A stretch of 64,000 bases of DNA from Raja brachyura (taxonomy: Eukaryota), in NCBI GenBank assembly GCA_963514005.1, contig OY740788.1, positions 87,420,001-87,484,000 of the forward strand. The letters run 5' to 3'. Positions 49,397 through 61,618 of this stretch are shown piece after piece; the first letter of the stretch is position 1, and the number at the start of each line of letters is the position of its first letter. The position numbers and the translations under genes are program-made. The notes beneath the pieces were generated by a model. That model saw only the letters and a list, made by a program, of their open reading frames with translations. It searched no databases and was not told the DNA's origin.

Positions 49397-49883
49397 ATAG
49401 AAACATAGAAACATAGAAAATAGGTGCAGGAGTAGGCCATTCGGCCCTTCGAGCCTGCACCGCCATTCAATGTGATCATGGCTGATCATCCAACTCAGTA
49501 TCCCGTACCTGCCTTCTCTCCATACCCCCTGATCCCTTTAGCCACAAGTGCCACATCTAACGCCCTCTTAAATATAGCCAATGAACTGGCCTCAACTACC
49601 TTCTGTGGCAGAGAATTCCAGAGACTCACCACTCTCTGTGTAAAGAATGTTTTCCTCATTTCGGTCCTAAAGGAATTCCCCCTTATCCTTAGACTGTGAC
49701 CCCTTGTTCTGGACTCCCCCAACATCGGGAACAATCTTCCAGCATCTAGCTTGTCCAACCCCTTAAGAATTTTGTAGGTTTCTATAAGATCCCCCCTCAA
49801 TCTTCTAAATTCCATCGAGTACAAACCGAGTCTATCCAATCTTTCCTCATATGAAAGTCCTGACATCCCAAGAATCAGTCTGG
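49397..49883 (-). mobile_element. CR1-A 3' fragment
   Basis: ORF 49495-49866 plus tail. Confidence 0.9.
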
Positions 49884-50237
49884 TAATCTTTGGTCATTCA
49901 GCACGGATGGGTCAGTGGAGGATTCTCCCTGTTGGTTTGTTCCTGGGCCTGGCCAAGATGGCCATTCACTGGTCTAGGCAGGGGGCAGTCGAGGGTTCTG
50001 CCAAGATTGAATGTCTGCCCCTCCTCTGGGCCTACATTCATGCCTACATTTCATGGATAGGGAAGATGCGGTGTCCATGGGGCCTTCTGTAAAAGGCTCG
50101 AGTGCATCATGGATAAGGATGATAACGCCGTAATTTGTTGATTGATTTATCGATGTTTGCAAATGCTGGGCAGTTTTGATCTTTCCAGTACTTTGTAATT
50201 GTGATCATGTAATAGAAGTTCCTTGTTAAGGAAAAAA
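49884..50237 (+). mobile_element. Tx1-clade LINE (second family) 3' fragment, older
   Basis: VGLFLGLAKMAIHWSR; cctgggcctggccaagatggccattc is shared with ~52634-52659; A-tail abuts gggcagagac. Confidence 0.7.
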
Positions 50238-50300
50238 GGGCAGAGACAATGTGAGTTAAACACTGAATAAGGCAGCACAGTAGCAAGCCAATAGAATTTA

Positions 50301-51352
50301 TGGGCCTGTCCCACGTGGGTGACTGCAGGAGACTATGCAGCCGCCACATTGTCGCCGCTGGTTCGCGGGTGGTTGCCGGGGATTCGCCTTCATAGTCGTG
50401 AATACCGCTCCCCGTGACGGCATTCTAGTCCACGCCAAAATTAGCGGCGGCGAGAATGTAGCCGCCTTGGAGAGGATCGAGAATCCTCGTGCCATAGGTG
50501 GGTCGCCCGGAGGCCCTAGTGGGTTGCCAACTGGTCCAAGGTTCCCGTAGGTTCCCGTGGGTTGTAGCCGGTGCTGACCGGAGAATTTCATCGGCTCATT
50601 GGGAAAAAAAACGTAAGCAGTCGTCTTCAGAACCAAGGATAACCGACCGGTAAAATGTTAAATGTCCGCCGAGCTTCACAGCCGTGTATCTCTGGCTTCT
50701 TAAACGTTGTCTCCACTCCTTCTCCCGCCTTCTCCCCCCTCTGCCCCCCCCTCCCCCTCCCCCCTCTTTTAAAGGACTTTCTGTACACTGTGCTTTCCAC
50801 CTTAATTACAGCGCCAACCTTCCTGTTCATCGCATATCACCTTGGCCTTGCACCGTGTGAATATTACTCGGACAGCGCTCCCCCACTTGCCCTGTCCCCC
50901 GCCGGCATAACGGNNNNNNNNNNNNNNNNNNNNNNNNNNNNNNNNNNNNNNNNNNNNNNNNNNNNNNNNNNNNNNNNNNNNNNNNNNNNNNNNNNNNNNN
51001 NNNNNNNNNNNNNNNNNNNNNNNNNNNNNNNNNNNNNNNNNNNNNNNNNNNNNNNNNNNNNNNNNNNNNNNNNNNNNNNNNNNNNNNNNNNNNNNNNNNN
51101 NNNNNNNNNNNNNNNNNNNNNNNNNNNNNNNNNNNNNNNNNNNNNNNNNNNNNNNNNNNNNNNNNNNNNNNNNNNNNNNNNNNNNNNNNNNNNNNNNNNN
51201 NNNNNNNNNNNNNNNNNNNNNNNNNNNNNNNNNNNNNNNNNNNNNNNNNNNNNNNNNNNNNNNNNNNNNNNACCGTTCCAGTTGTCGGTTTTTTAGGCCA
51301 CTGTCAAGTTGCCCGCAGCCGCCTGAAAAATCGCATAAGTGGGACAGGCCCA
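50301..51352. mobile_element. Harbinger-like MITE (larger variant, spans an N gap), apparently inserted in a V-SINE head
   Basis: TIR tgggcctgtcccac / gtgggacaggccca. A degenerate SINE head at ~50271-50300 continues at ~51360 (cttacagtgcctgagacccggg...) to ~51615. Confidence 0.7.
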
Positions 51353-52410
51353 TTCCAGCGCTTACAGTGCCTGAGACCCGGGTTCTATCCCGTCTACGGG
51401 TACTGTCTGTAAGGTGTTTGTACCTTATCCCCGTGACCTGCGTGGGTTTTCTTGGTTTTGTCACCAAAGACGTGCAGGTTTGTAGGTTAGTTGGCTTGGT
51501 ACAAGTGTAGAATTGTCCCTAGTGGGTGTAGGATAGTGTTGATGTGCGGGATCGCTGGTCGGCGCGGACACGGTGGGTTGTATCTCGAAACTAAACTAAA
51601 CTAAGCTAAATTAAACATGTATCACCAAGCATCTGGGTTCAAACCTGATCTCTGCTGTTGTCTGAGTGGAGTTTGCATGTTCTCCCTGCAACCTTATGGA
51701 TTTCCCCCCCTGGGTGCTTCTGTTTCCTTCAAGATCACAAAGGCATGTGGGTTGGTGGCGAGAATTGGAAACAGGTCGGGGGGGGAATCTGGGTCAGGTC
51801 GGGGGGGGGGGGGGGGGGGTTCCCCCCGCCACGGGAACCATGTAATCCCGTGCTACCTGCTCCATGGTCCGATAGTCGGCGACTAAACCGTCTCCCCCAC
51901 CTGGTTTGCCAGCTGAGGAGGGGGCTGTGGACCCCCAGCAGGACCAAAAACAACACCTGTTGAAGGGCGGATGAGCTCCTAGCGAGCCAACGGCCGTCCA
52001 CACTTCAGTAAAGTTGCGATCACTGTCGAACACGGCATTGTAGGGAATGATGATAAAGCACACACACACACACACACCAAAATTACAGGAACTGGAGGAC
52101 AGAGATATGTGGTGCGTCCGTCACCGCTCCATCGCTAATGCGTGCAACTATGATGAATGAATGAAGGAATAAGAATTGGGAGGGAGGAGGTAATTTATGG
52201 AGATGAGAAAAGAATAAAACAAGCTTAACGTTGGTTTAGTGTAAACGGGTGCTTCATGCAGTGCGGACTTGGTGGGCCGAAGGGCCTGTTTCTGTGCTTT
52301 ACCCATGCTATAAGTCTACACTGTCCCATCACGCTCTCTTGGGTCATGGTCACACAGGTTAGAGACCTGTGAAGCTCCTTCTACACAGTCCCATTACACT
52401 CCCAGGGCAG

Positions 52411-52960
52411 AGTGTCGCACATGGCTGTGGCCTGTAACAGGTATTTGAGCCGGTCCACGGACTCGTCCGCCGCCTGTCACTTCTGCGGTGAGGCAGTGAC
52501 TGTGTTCCATACATACATGCGGTGTGAGAGGTTGCAGCCCCTGTTCGAGTATCTGAAGGGGTTGCTCCACAAGTATTGGCTACATTTTAGCCCTAGGTCG
52601 GGAGGGTTGGGAGGGTCTCCCTGTCGATCTGCTCCTGGGCCTGGCCAAGATGGCCATTCGTGGGTCCAGGCATACGATAGTCGACGGCCACACCGGGGGT
52701 TGGCTGCCTGCCCCTTTTCCGGGCCTACGTCCGTGCCCCCGTGTCCCTGGAACGGGAACACGCGGTGTCCACGGGGACTTTGGAGGCCTCCCGTGAACAC
52801 TGGTCTCCGTGGTAGGACGAGTGTATTATTGATAACGTTGGCGATATATTAATTTGATGACTGTTTGTTTGTAAACTCAATATAGGTAGCCTTTGATCAT
52901 GTTAATTTGATTATGCTTGTTTTTATTTTCTGAATAAAAATATTTGTACATTAAAAAAAA
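52411..52960 (+). mobile_element. Tx1-clade LINE (second family) 3' fragment with CCHC zinc knuckle
   Basis: ACHFCGEAVTVFHTYMRCERLQPLF; aataaa plus A8 tail; agggcag duplicated at 52404-52410 and 52960-52966. Confidence 0.8.
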
Positions 52961-52976
52961 GGGCAGGGACAATATA

Positions 52977-53987
52977 TAGCAATGTTACAACTTGTCAAGT
53001 CTGCAATTTATCCCATCAGATAAAGCATAAAAATAAGTTTAATTTGACACCTAATTCACTTTCATATCTTCAGTATTAAAAAAGTTATGGCCATTTTCAT
53101 ACTCGGAAATTAGCATCTTGTTCCCTATTGCTTTTCCATTGACTTAACACAAAAGCTGTGATCAAGGACAGTCAAAAGCCCATAACTTTCTTAAAAATTA
53201 AGAGAACTGAATGAAAATTTCAGTTATTATAAATTGAAGCATTCTGAAACAAATATGAAACAATCTTACTTGGATGGCCTGAAATTAAAGCATATAATTA
53301 GTTAGTTACCTAATTGTAGCTAATTACAAAATTCAATTACCAGATCTAAACATCTATCCATTTCTTAAGAAAAGATTAACATTTTTAAAAAGCCAAAGTG
53401 CCCAAAGAACATTCACACAAGAATTCACAATATAACATGATTTTTAAATCACATTGTCATGAATTTATAGGCCAAATTGAAGGAATTTAGTTTTTAATTC
53501 CTGTGAGATTTTGTGGAACGCGATCGTTTGGAACGTTGCGGTTGCGGTGAATTTAAACCCCATATCGGCAGGAAAAACACTGCCAGTTCGTATGGGGCCT
53601 AAATCACCTTTTCGCAACATGAAATTTTGATTAAAGGCATCCTAAGAAGCAAGTTTATATGAAAAAATAAACGGTGTACCTTGCCTTGTCCCCTACGTGA
53701 GATCTGTCCCGTTGTCGGTGTTGACGGCATTAGAAGATGATTTTAATTTTACTACTGCATTATCTAAATTATTACTAAATTATCCAGCGCTAATTTTAAT
53801 AAACTTAATATAATGGCAGTCAAAGCGATTTTTCTTCAGCAACTAAACAGCCTGTTCAAAATCGATTTGAATAGTCTGAAGAAAAAACGCATTTTAAACC
53901 CGCCCCCCTCTCAAAGGCACCAAAGTCGCGCACATGGCCAGTGACAGAACTGCAGCGTCGCTGAAGGCAAGTTTTGTAACATACCTA
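52977..53987 (-). mobile_element. Second copy of the TAG...CTA non-autonomous DNA transposon
   Basis: Reverse complement of 10676-11736. Ends tagcaatgttacaa / ttttgtaacataccta; flanks caatata / ccatata (7 bp, 1 mismatch). Confidence 0.85.
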
Positions 53988-54638
53988 CCATATAGGTTAG
54001 TGACAGAGTGAAGCTCCCGCTGCACTGTGCCATCACACACTCCTGGAGCAGGTACAGCACAGGTTAGACACAGGGTGAATCTCAGGCATGACGTTGCCCA
54101 TGTTGCGGTTGGAAGGGGAGCCTGTGTTCCCAATGGCTGTAATTAACATTGTGAGTATTGCCTACCTCAGTCAATGTGGACACGTTGCCCAAGCTTGCAG
54201 TTAAAGGCTGGCTGGCTGCCTCCCCCAGTACCACCTGGTAACAAGAAAGTGGTGGTTCCCCTACCTATATGGGCCAGTTGGGACATTAGTGAATTTGTGA
54301 GGGGAGCAGGTGGGCGGCTACCTTATCAGCTGGGGATTAATGTCTTCAGGTCAATCAACAACAATGGAGTTTCTAATCATCGAGGAAGGGTGTAGGGCGA
54401 GTGGTACATAGCATGAAACACCAACATCACACAGGCAGGGAAACTTGTAAACATAGTGAATGCTTAAAATCTGAAGGCCACTGTCGAGGGTAGCAATGGG
54501 GGCAATTTCTATTGCAGTGTTCAGAAGGATCTGAAGGGATAGAATTTGCAGAGAGGGGCAGGTCCACTGTTTATTTTCCGTATCTGTTTCCACCCCTAGC
54601 CAGTCTCAACTTCCCCCTCTCAAGCTCCCACCGACCCA

Positions 54639-55033
54639 TCATAGAATCATAGAATCATAGAAAATAGGTGTAGGAGTAGGCCATTCGGCCCTTCGAGCCT
54701 GCACCGCCATTCAATATGATCATGGCTGATCATCCAACTCAGTATCCTGTACCTGCCTTCTCTCCATACCCCCTGATCCCTTTAGCCACAAGGGCCACAT
54801 CTAACTCCCTCTTAAATATAGCCAACAAACTGGCCTCAACTACTCTCTATGGCAGAGAATTCCACAGATTCACCACTCTCTGTGTGAAAAAAGTCTTTCT
54901 CATCTCGGTCCTAAAAGACCTTATCCTTAAACTGTGACCCCTTGTTCTGGAGTTCCCCAACATCGGGAACAATCTTCCTGCATCTAGCCTGTCCAACCCC
55001 TTAAGAATTTTGTAAGCCTCTATAAGATCCCCC
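54639..55033 (-). mobile_element. CR1-A 3' fragment
   Basis: Minus-strand CR1 C-terminus, 3'UTR and (ttctatga)n tail. Confidence 0.88.
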
Positions 55034-55899
55034 CCACTCCGCCTGGTTTCACCCTGTCACCCACCAGGAACTACCTTACCTCACCTCCTTATCCTGGTTA
55101 TGCCACCTCTATGTTCCCAGTCTTGATGCAGGGTCACAATCAGAAGCACTAACCACCACTCTGCCTCCAATGATGCTGTTTGACTCACTGAGTTCTTCCA
55201 GGAGCTTGTTTTTTTGTAAATGGAGAAAGGAACTAATTGGATTACACACAACCAGTATAAACACAAGGAGCAAAATGGTTTCCTTCCATCGTGGAAAGGG
55301 CGATTCATGGTGGACGATGGTTTGGTGGAGGGGGGGGGGGAGGCAATGATGTGTTTAGGGGCTCCAGTGTGCTATTGTAGGGAAGGGATGGCAGGGTCAA
55401 AGGAGGGTTCATCTTACTAAAGCCCACCCCTCCATCCCCTCCATCAACAGCTTGGACATGGTTGAAGTGTAAGATTGGGTATCAACGTCCCAGCTAAGGC
55501 AAGGTTTAGACCTGAAATGTCAACCATCCCTGTGCCCCTTCAGATGCTGCCTGTCCTGCTCAGTTCCCCCAGAAGCCTACTTTTGCTCCAGATTCCAGTA
55601 TTTGCACTCTTTTATCTCCGTTATAATGTTACAGGGGACATCATGGCACCACCCTAACCGACCTACCGACTAATGAAAGGTCGAGATAACGTGGATGAGG
55701 AAGGGTGTTTCCAGTTGTGGGAGAGTCTAGGACCAGAGGGCACAGCCTCAGGATAAAAGGACACACCTTTAGAATGACGATGAGGAGGAATTTCTTTAAC
55801 CATAGGGTGGGGAATTGTGAGAATCAAAGCCACAGGTGGCTGTGGCGGCCAAGTCATTGGTATGTTTAAAGCAGAGATTGCTAGATTCTGGATTAGTAA

Positions 55900-56582
55900 A
55901 GGGCCTGTCCCACCAGCATGCGACTCCATGCGGTGAGCGCGACCAAACCGGCAGCGGGGGCTGCGCAGAGGTCGGGTGAGTGGCGCGATGTGGCGCGAAG
56001 TTGGAGCGAAGTCCATGGTAAGTTCGCAAGGACAGAGAGGGTCACACAGAGAGGGTCACGGAGGCACACACACAGAGAGGGTCACGGAGGCACACAGAGA
56101 GGGACACGGAGGCACACAGAGAGGGACACGGAGGCACACAGAGAGGGTCACGGAGGCACACACAGAGAGGGTCACGGAGGCACACAGAGAGGGTCACGGA
56201 GGCACACACACACAGAGGGTCACGGAGGCACACAGAGAGGGTCACGGAGGCTCAGAGAGAGGGTCACGGAGGCACACGTATAGAGGGCCACGGAGGCACA
56301 CAGAGAGGGTCACAGAGGCACATATAGAGAGGGCCACGGAGGCACGACGTGAGGCGGTGCATAATGCATTGAGGCGGCTGCGGGCCGAAAGGCCGTTGCC
56401 GCGCGGAATTTTTGAACACGGGTCAGTTTTTCGGAGCCCCGCGCGATGTTGGGACGAACTCCGCACAACTCCATATGGCTCCGGCGATCGAAGTGGGACC
56501 AGCTCCGCGACGCCGGACGGCTCAAGCGACCACGTTAGGTCGCGCTCACCGCATGGAGTCGCATGCTGGTGGGACAGGCCCT
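55900..56582. mobile_element. PIF/Harbinger-like MITE, perfect 45-bp TIR, TAA TSD, internal 22-24 bp minisatellite
   Basis: agggcctgtcccaccagcatgcgactccatgcggtgagcgcgacc at the left, with its exact reverse complement at the right. taa at 55897-55899 and 56583-56585; removing the element restores the host CR1 text attagtaagggtgtc. (gagagggtcacggaggcacaca)n at 56031-56345. Confidence 0.9.
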
Positions 56583-56850
56583 TAAGGGTGTCAAAGACTT
56601 TGGGGAGGAGGCAGTGTTGGGTCTACCTGGTTGAGAATAGAGTTGAGAGTGAATGATAGTTCAGGCATGATTGAATGCCAGAGTAGATTTGATGGCCGGT
56701 CGGCTTAATTCTCCTCCTGTTATTTACAAAATTCATAAGCAGAATGAGAAAAGATCTGGACATCGATGTGTACTTGATTAGTTAGGGGGAACAAAAGTTA
56801 TATAAGGAAACGCAAATGGGGTTGAGAGGGAAAAATAGATCAGCCATCAG

Positions 56851-57091
56851 CCACAGAGTGGTGAATCTGTGGAATTCTCTGCCACAGAAGGTAGTTGAGG
56901 CCAGTTCATTGGCTATATTTAAGAGGGAGTTAGATGTGGCCCTTGTGGCTAAAGTGATCAGGGGGTACGGAGAGAAGGCAGGTACAGGATACTGAGTTGG
57001 ATGATCAGCCATGATCATATTGAATGGCGGTGCAGGCTCGAAGGGCCGAATGGCCTACTCCTGCACCTATTTTTCTATGTTTCTTTTCTAT
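56851..57091 (+). mobile_element. CR1-A 3' end
   Basis: cagagtggtgaatctgtggaattctctgccacag...ctattttctatg. Confidence 0.85.
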
Positions 57092-59857
57092 GATCGGATG
57101 GCGGAGCAGACTTGATAGGCTGAATAGTCCCGATCTGCTCCCGTGGTCTTACAACTCTCCATCCTGCCTCCATCTTTGACCGACGGAGATTTGACATTTT
57201 TGAACTAACCCCTCAGAAGCCCAGTGTTAAACCTCTGAAACAGAAATGTCCCTTCATCAGCTCGTACACAGAAAACCAGCCTCACTTAGACTGCTTCTCC
57301 GGAATTGGAAAATCTATCTCAGCTGTTTCGCAAGAGAATCTTGCACACCAGCCAAGAGATCGGTTAAAAATAGCCAGCTCTTAAGTTTATTAATATCAAC
57401 CAAGTGATTTTGAGCTTCGTCGCAATAGCCTGCTTTCAAAGGGACAGAGGGTGGTGGGCGTATGGAACAAGTTTACAAGAACAAATTCCATCGTTTAAGA
57501 AACAGTTGAACAAGTACATGGATAGGACAGGTTTGGAGGGATATGTGCTAAGCGCAGGCAAGTGGGACTAGGGTAGCTGGGACATTGTTGGCCGATGTGG
57601 GCTAGTTGGGCCCAAAGGCCTGTTTCCACACTGTATCACTCTATGACTCTATGTCTAGGACAGGAATCCTTCAAGTCACAGAGTTATAGAGAAATACAAC
57701 GTGGGTTCTACAGCAGGTCTTGCACCTGAAATGCCAACACTTCATTGTCTCTGTTGACTACTAGGTGTCCTCATCAATGGTGTGATTTGTTCTTAAGCAG
57801 AGCAGCAATGCCCTGTGTATTTAGGTGACCAGAGATGAGAGAGAGATGAGTGAGAATGGTCAGAAATCAAGGGGATATGAGGGAGAGATTGAAGCCAAGA
57901 GGAGTCGGGAGGTTGGTTTGGCGGGAGACAGATGTCTGCTTGCGAGACACACATAGAGTGAAGCATTTGTTTTCTCTCCACCGAAGGCCACATCTAGCTG
58001 AAGGTCTACTACTATCAAGGCAATGTCTATCACAGTAACTAACCTCCCTCCCATCAACTTCAACTCCATTTCACATTGCTTCAGGAAAGCATCCAATAGG
58101 ATCATGGACCATTTATAGCCCCATCATTCCCTCTTCTTCCCTCTCCCGTCAGGCAGGGATGCAAAAGCACTTCCCACCAGATTAGGAATTACATTTTACC
58201 CCCTGTTGTCAGACTTTTGAATGGTCCTCTCATAAACTAAGGGTGTAGTCCCAATCTCCCAGCCTACCTCGTTGTGCCCCCTGCACTTTTCTATTTGCAC
58301 CTTGTCTGTAACTGTGACACTATAACACTACATTTTTCATCTTTTCATTACCTGTTGTACTTGTTCTTGGTTTGATTGTACTCACGATTGGATGTTTTTC
58401 ACCGTATCTCGATATACGTGACAATCATAAACCAACCACCCAACTTGACACAGTAAGTAGAGCTGATGCCTCAATAGCACCAGTGCCCCATGTACAATTC
58501 ACCAATTTCCGGTAGCCTTTGCTGTCTCCTCCCCTTCACAGCTCTCCCTCAGCCCTCAGGCTCCTCCTCTTCATATTTCCTTTCTTCTCCCCATCCCCCC
58601 CACCCTACATCAGTCTGAAGAAGGGTCTCGGCCTATTTCCTTCGCTCCATAGATGCTGCTGCACCTGCTGAGTTTCTCCAGCAATTTTGTCGACCCAAGT
58701 GCAATCCTGACCTCCGATAATGTCTGTGTGGACGTTCTCCCTGTGTCCGTGTGGATTTCCTCCGAGTGCTCCAGTTTCTCCCCTCATCCCAAAGATGACC
58801 TCTGTTGTAGGTTCACTTCTCTTGTGGAAATTGTAGTCCTCAGACAAGTATCTTAAAAAAGAATTGAACTGTCTGCACTGTGCATCTACTATCATGACTT
58901 TAAATCAAATGAGCCCAGGCTTGTCATCTAATGGTTAGTTCCTCATTTCAAGTCTACGTTCTGCTTCTGTGAGGAGATTACACAATCCATTACAGATCTC
59001 TGTCTATAATTCACATCAGTATGTTGTAGATGACAGGAATACAAAAACACAGCCAGCAGCTCTTAAATCTATACCTCAACCAACATTAAATACTACCATT
59101 AAATGTTATGGTTATTGGAAGTATAGTTCTCTAATTTAACAGTTCATTGTTGAAACGTAGTGTGCTAATCCCACTTAGTCCACTGTTGAATTTGGGTTTT
59201 TTGTAGTTTGTCTGTAAGGTGACACATTCCAGATATAACTGTTTCACAGAGCACATGCACACACACACACACACATCCTACCAACTATCCACTCCCCAGA
59301 TGTTGAGGCAGATGTTGAGGCAGATGTCTTTACGATACCTGCCCACCAAAACTTTGGATATTCCCAGTAATCCTTCGCAAATGTTCTCCCAGGTTCCCTG
59401 TGACACAACCACTATCACAGTGCTGCCCATTATTGTTCATGTCTGAATCAGGCTTCTGTGAGCTCTCAGGGTGGGAACTTGTGATGGAAGACTGAAGGGG
59501 AAGGATGGTCAGATATCTGCTGGTGGGAGACCCTTCTTATGATCATTGCCAGTGTCTCTCTGGCTCAGAGCCCTGCTTCACCAGGCAAGCACTGCACTAG
59601 TTTGGTTAATTCCATCCCAGTGCTGAAGCAGGTAGGATTTCAGTCTCACAAAAGGACACACCATCCACCTGTGTTGACCACCAAGAGAGCATTTCAGATA
59701 TGCCCTGCATAGTGTGGGCGTCATTGATATCTGAGAAGCGCACACACATGAGCTAAAAGGCCATTAAATCCATCCGCACCACTTTGAGACGGATACTTAG
59801 GCAGTTCCATTTTCTCTTGTTGCACTCGGGGAAGGAATCCGACAACATTAAACTCAC

Positions 59858-59921
59858 CATCAGAGCCGCTCTCGTCTGTTGAACTCAGGAAATTGCAGGA
59901 GTTCCTCGTAGAACAGTACAT
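59858..59921 (-). CDS. Candidate alternative first coding exon (MYCSTRNSCNFLSSTDESGSD + phase 1)
   Basis: Minus strand gctgaaATG...GAT G|GTGAGT canonical donor in non-repeat sequence. Upstream are a (GA)n tract and possible acceptors (ccaccttag at ~60046; ttttatttcag at ~60292). Same strand and phase as the exon at 30857. No protein homology recognised. Confidence 0.35.
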
Positions 59922-60082
59922 TTCAGCGTCTGATTCAAAAAAGCCTTCCTGTCCTCCCTGCTGTCCGTCCACACTCTGCCAGTCTGCGGTGCAACGCGAT
60001 TCGTCAGGATACAAGAGGTCTCCAAGGATTTAAGTCTATTATAGCCTAAGGTGGACTGGACAAAGAATGAAAGGATGTTTCC

Positions 60083-60130
60083 TCTCTCTCTCTCTCTCCC
60101 TCTCTCTCCCTCTATCTCTCTCGCTCTCTC
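60083..60130. repeat. (CT)n microsatellite
   Basis: Seen directly in the sequence. Confidence 0.9.
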
Positions 60131-61590
60131 TGCATTTGACTCTGTTGCAACTGTTGTATCTCAACTGGTGTTTCGAAATGAAAGATAGCTGCAGACTAAT
60201 TTCATCATCAACAGACCACAAGCACCACCCCCCTCCCCCCTCGTCTCCACGTTTAGAGGAAGAAAGCAAAATACTGCACTTGCCAGATATCTGAAATAAA
60301 AGTGGACAAGATTAGAAAACACATCAGGCAGCCTCAACTGAGGGAGAGCAACAGTTAATGCTTCAAATCGATCATCTTCCATTAAATCTCATAGGGATGT
60401 TTAAGGAATCAAACTCTGGGATATATAAAGCTCTCTAAAACCTAATTATTCTTTATTCAGTCTTATTTTGGTAAATGGAAGTGGAATTCAGAGAACACCA
60501 TTAAATATTAATGATGTTTCTGAGGCCGAAGGAGGGGGCGTGATTTTCATCTCCCAATGGCCCCATTAAAAGACTACTGCAGTGCAGTCCCTCTGTCCCT
60601 GGTCAAACACAAGGCCGCTGGGAAAAGCCGACGTGTGCTGAGGTTGGCCAGAGGATGAGATGACAGTGTCAAACCTCCCCAAAGTCACAGAGGTCACAGA
60701 GAGAGAAAAAGCTCAGAAACAGGCCCTTCAGCCCACTGAGGGCCTGTCCACCAACAACAACCCGTTCAGTCTAATCCTGCATTCAGCCCATATTACTCTC
60801 CCCACATTCCCATCAATTCCCCCCAGATTCCACCACTCACCTCCGCACTAGGAGCAATTTAAAGCAACCCCTTATGCGGGAGAAACTAACGGCATCAATG
60901 TCTTGTCCACATGGGTGATGATGCACAATCCCTTGGAGGTATATCTCAGCCCTGTCACCTCCCAGGATGGAGACGATTCACATAGACAACCGCACCCACT
61001 CTCACACTGACCACATATGCAGATGAAAAATACAAGGTTTCACATGTTAGCGTTGAACATTGATCAATCCTATCTTTTCTGCTCTTGAAAAGCATCAACA
61101 TTCCACCCAAATATGTCCAAAGCTCCACACTGTCAACTAGCAGACCATCCCAGGTTTCCTCGCCCCTAAAATTCCAGGTCCCAGGTGTTGGCTGGGTGGA
61201 GTTTGCACGTTCTCCCTGTGACCGGCTGGATTCCCCCCACATTGTAGTATAATCAGCTGAAGTGAATTGCCCCTGGTGTGTGGGCGAGTGCTACATTCTG
61301 GGGGGGGGGGGGGGGGGGGGGGGGAGTCGGAGGGGCTGTGGGGAGAATCAAAAATGGGATTCATGCAAAATTAGTATTTGATGGTCAGTATGGACACCGT
61401 GGGCTGAAGGGTCTCTTTCAACGCTGTATCTCTCTTTGATTCTATGAGAACCTCACTCAGCATTTATTGTACTTCTCGTTGACTGAAGCCTATTTGTAGT
61501 GTGTAGATTTCAATGTAACGTGTCCCCATCCGAAACGTCCTCCATCCTGTTTCTCCACAGATGCTGCCTGAACCACTGAGTTACTCCAGT

Positions 61591-61618
61591 CTGAAGAAGG
61601 GTCTCGACCTGAAACGTC
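61591..61618 (+). ncRNA. Minimal hammerhead ribozyme motif (Penelope pLTR)
   Basis: CUGAAGA-AGGGUCUCGACCU-GAAA-CGUC, inside a nested pair of pLTR repeats. Confidence 0.55.

Larger units (their letters stand above)
52316..54085 (+). repeat. Degenerate ~65-67 bp tandem repeat (ggttagaNacagagtgaagctcc...ctacactgtcccatcacacactcccagggcaggtacagcaca) hosting Tx1 and DNA-transposon insertions
   Basis: Units at 52316-52410 and 53995-54085 (ggttag at 53995 and 54062). Related units at ~48985-49106. Confidence 0.7.

Noticed and set aside
55918-56656. Repeat-spacer-like array and 226-aa ORF (possible CRISPR or repeat protein)
   Set aside because: The units are contiguous tandem repeats without unique spacers, inside a MITE in a eukaryotic genome; no cas genes.
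61300-61324. Long G/C homopolymers (also ~8586, 10753, 51801) as G-quadruplex elements
   Set aside because: Simple homopolymers within repeats; length is unreliable and no function is supported.
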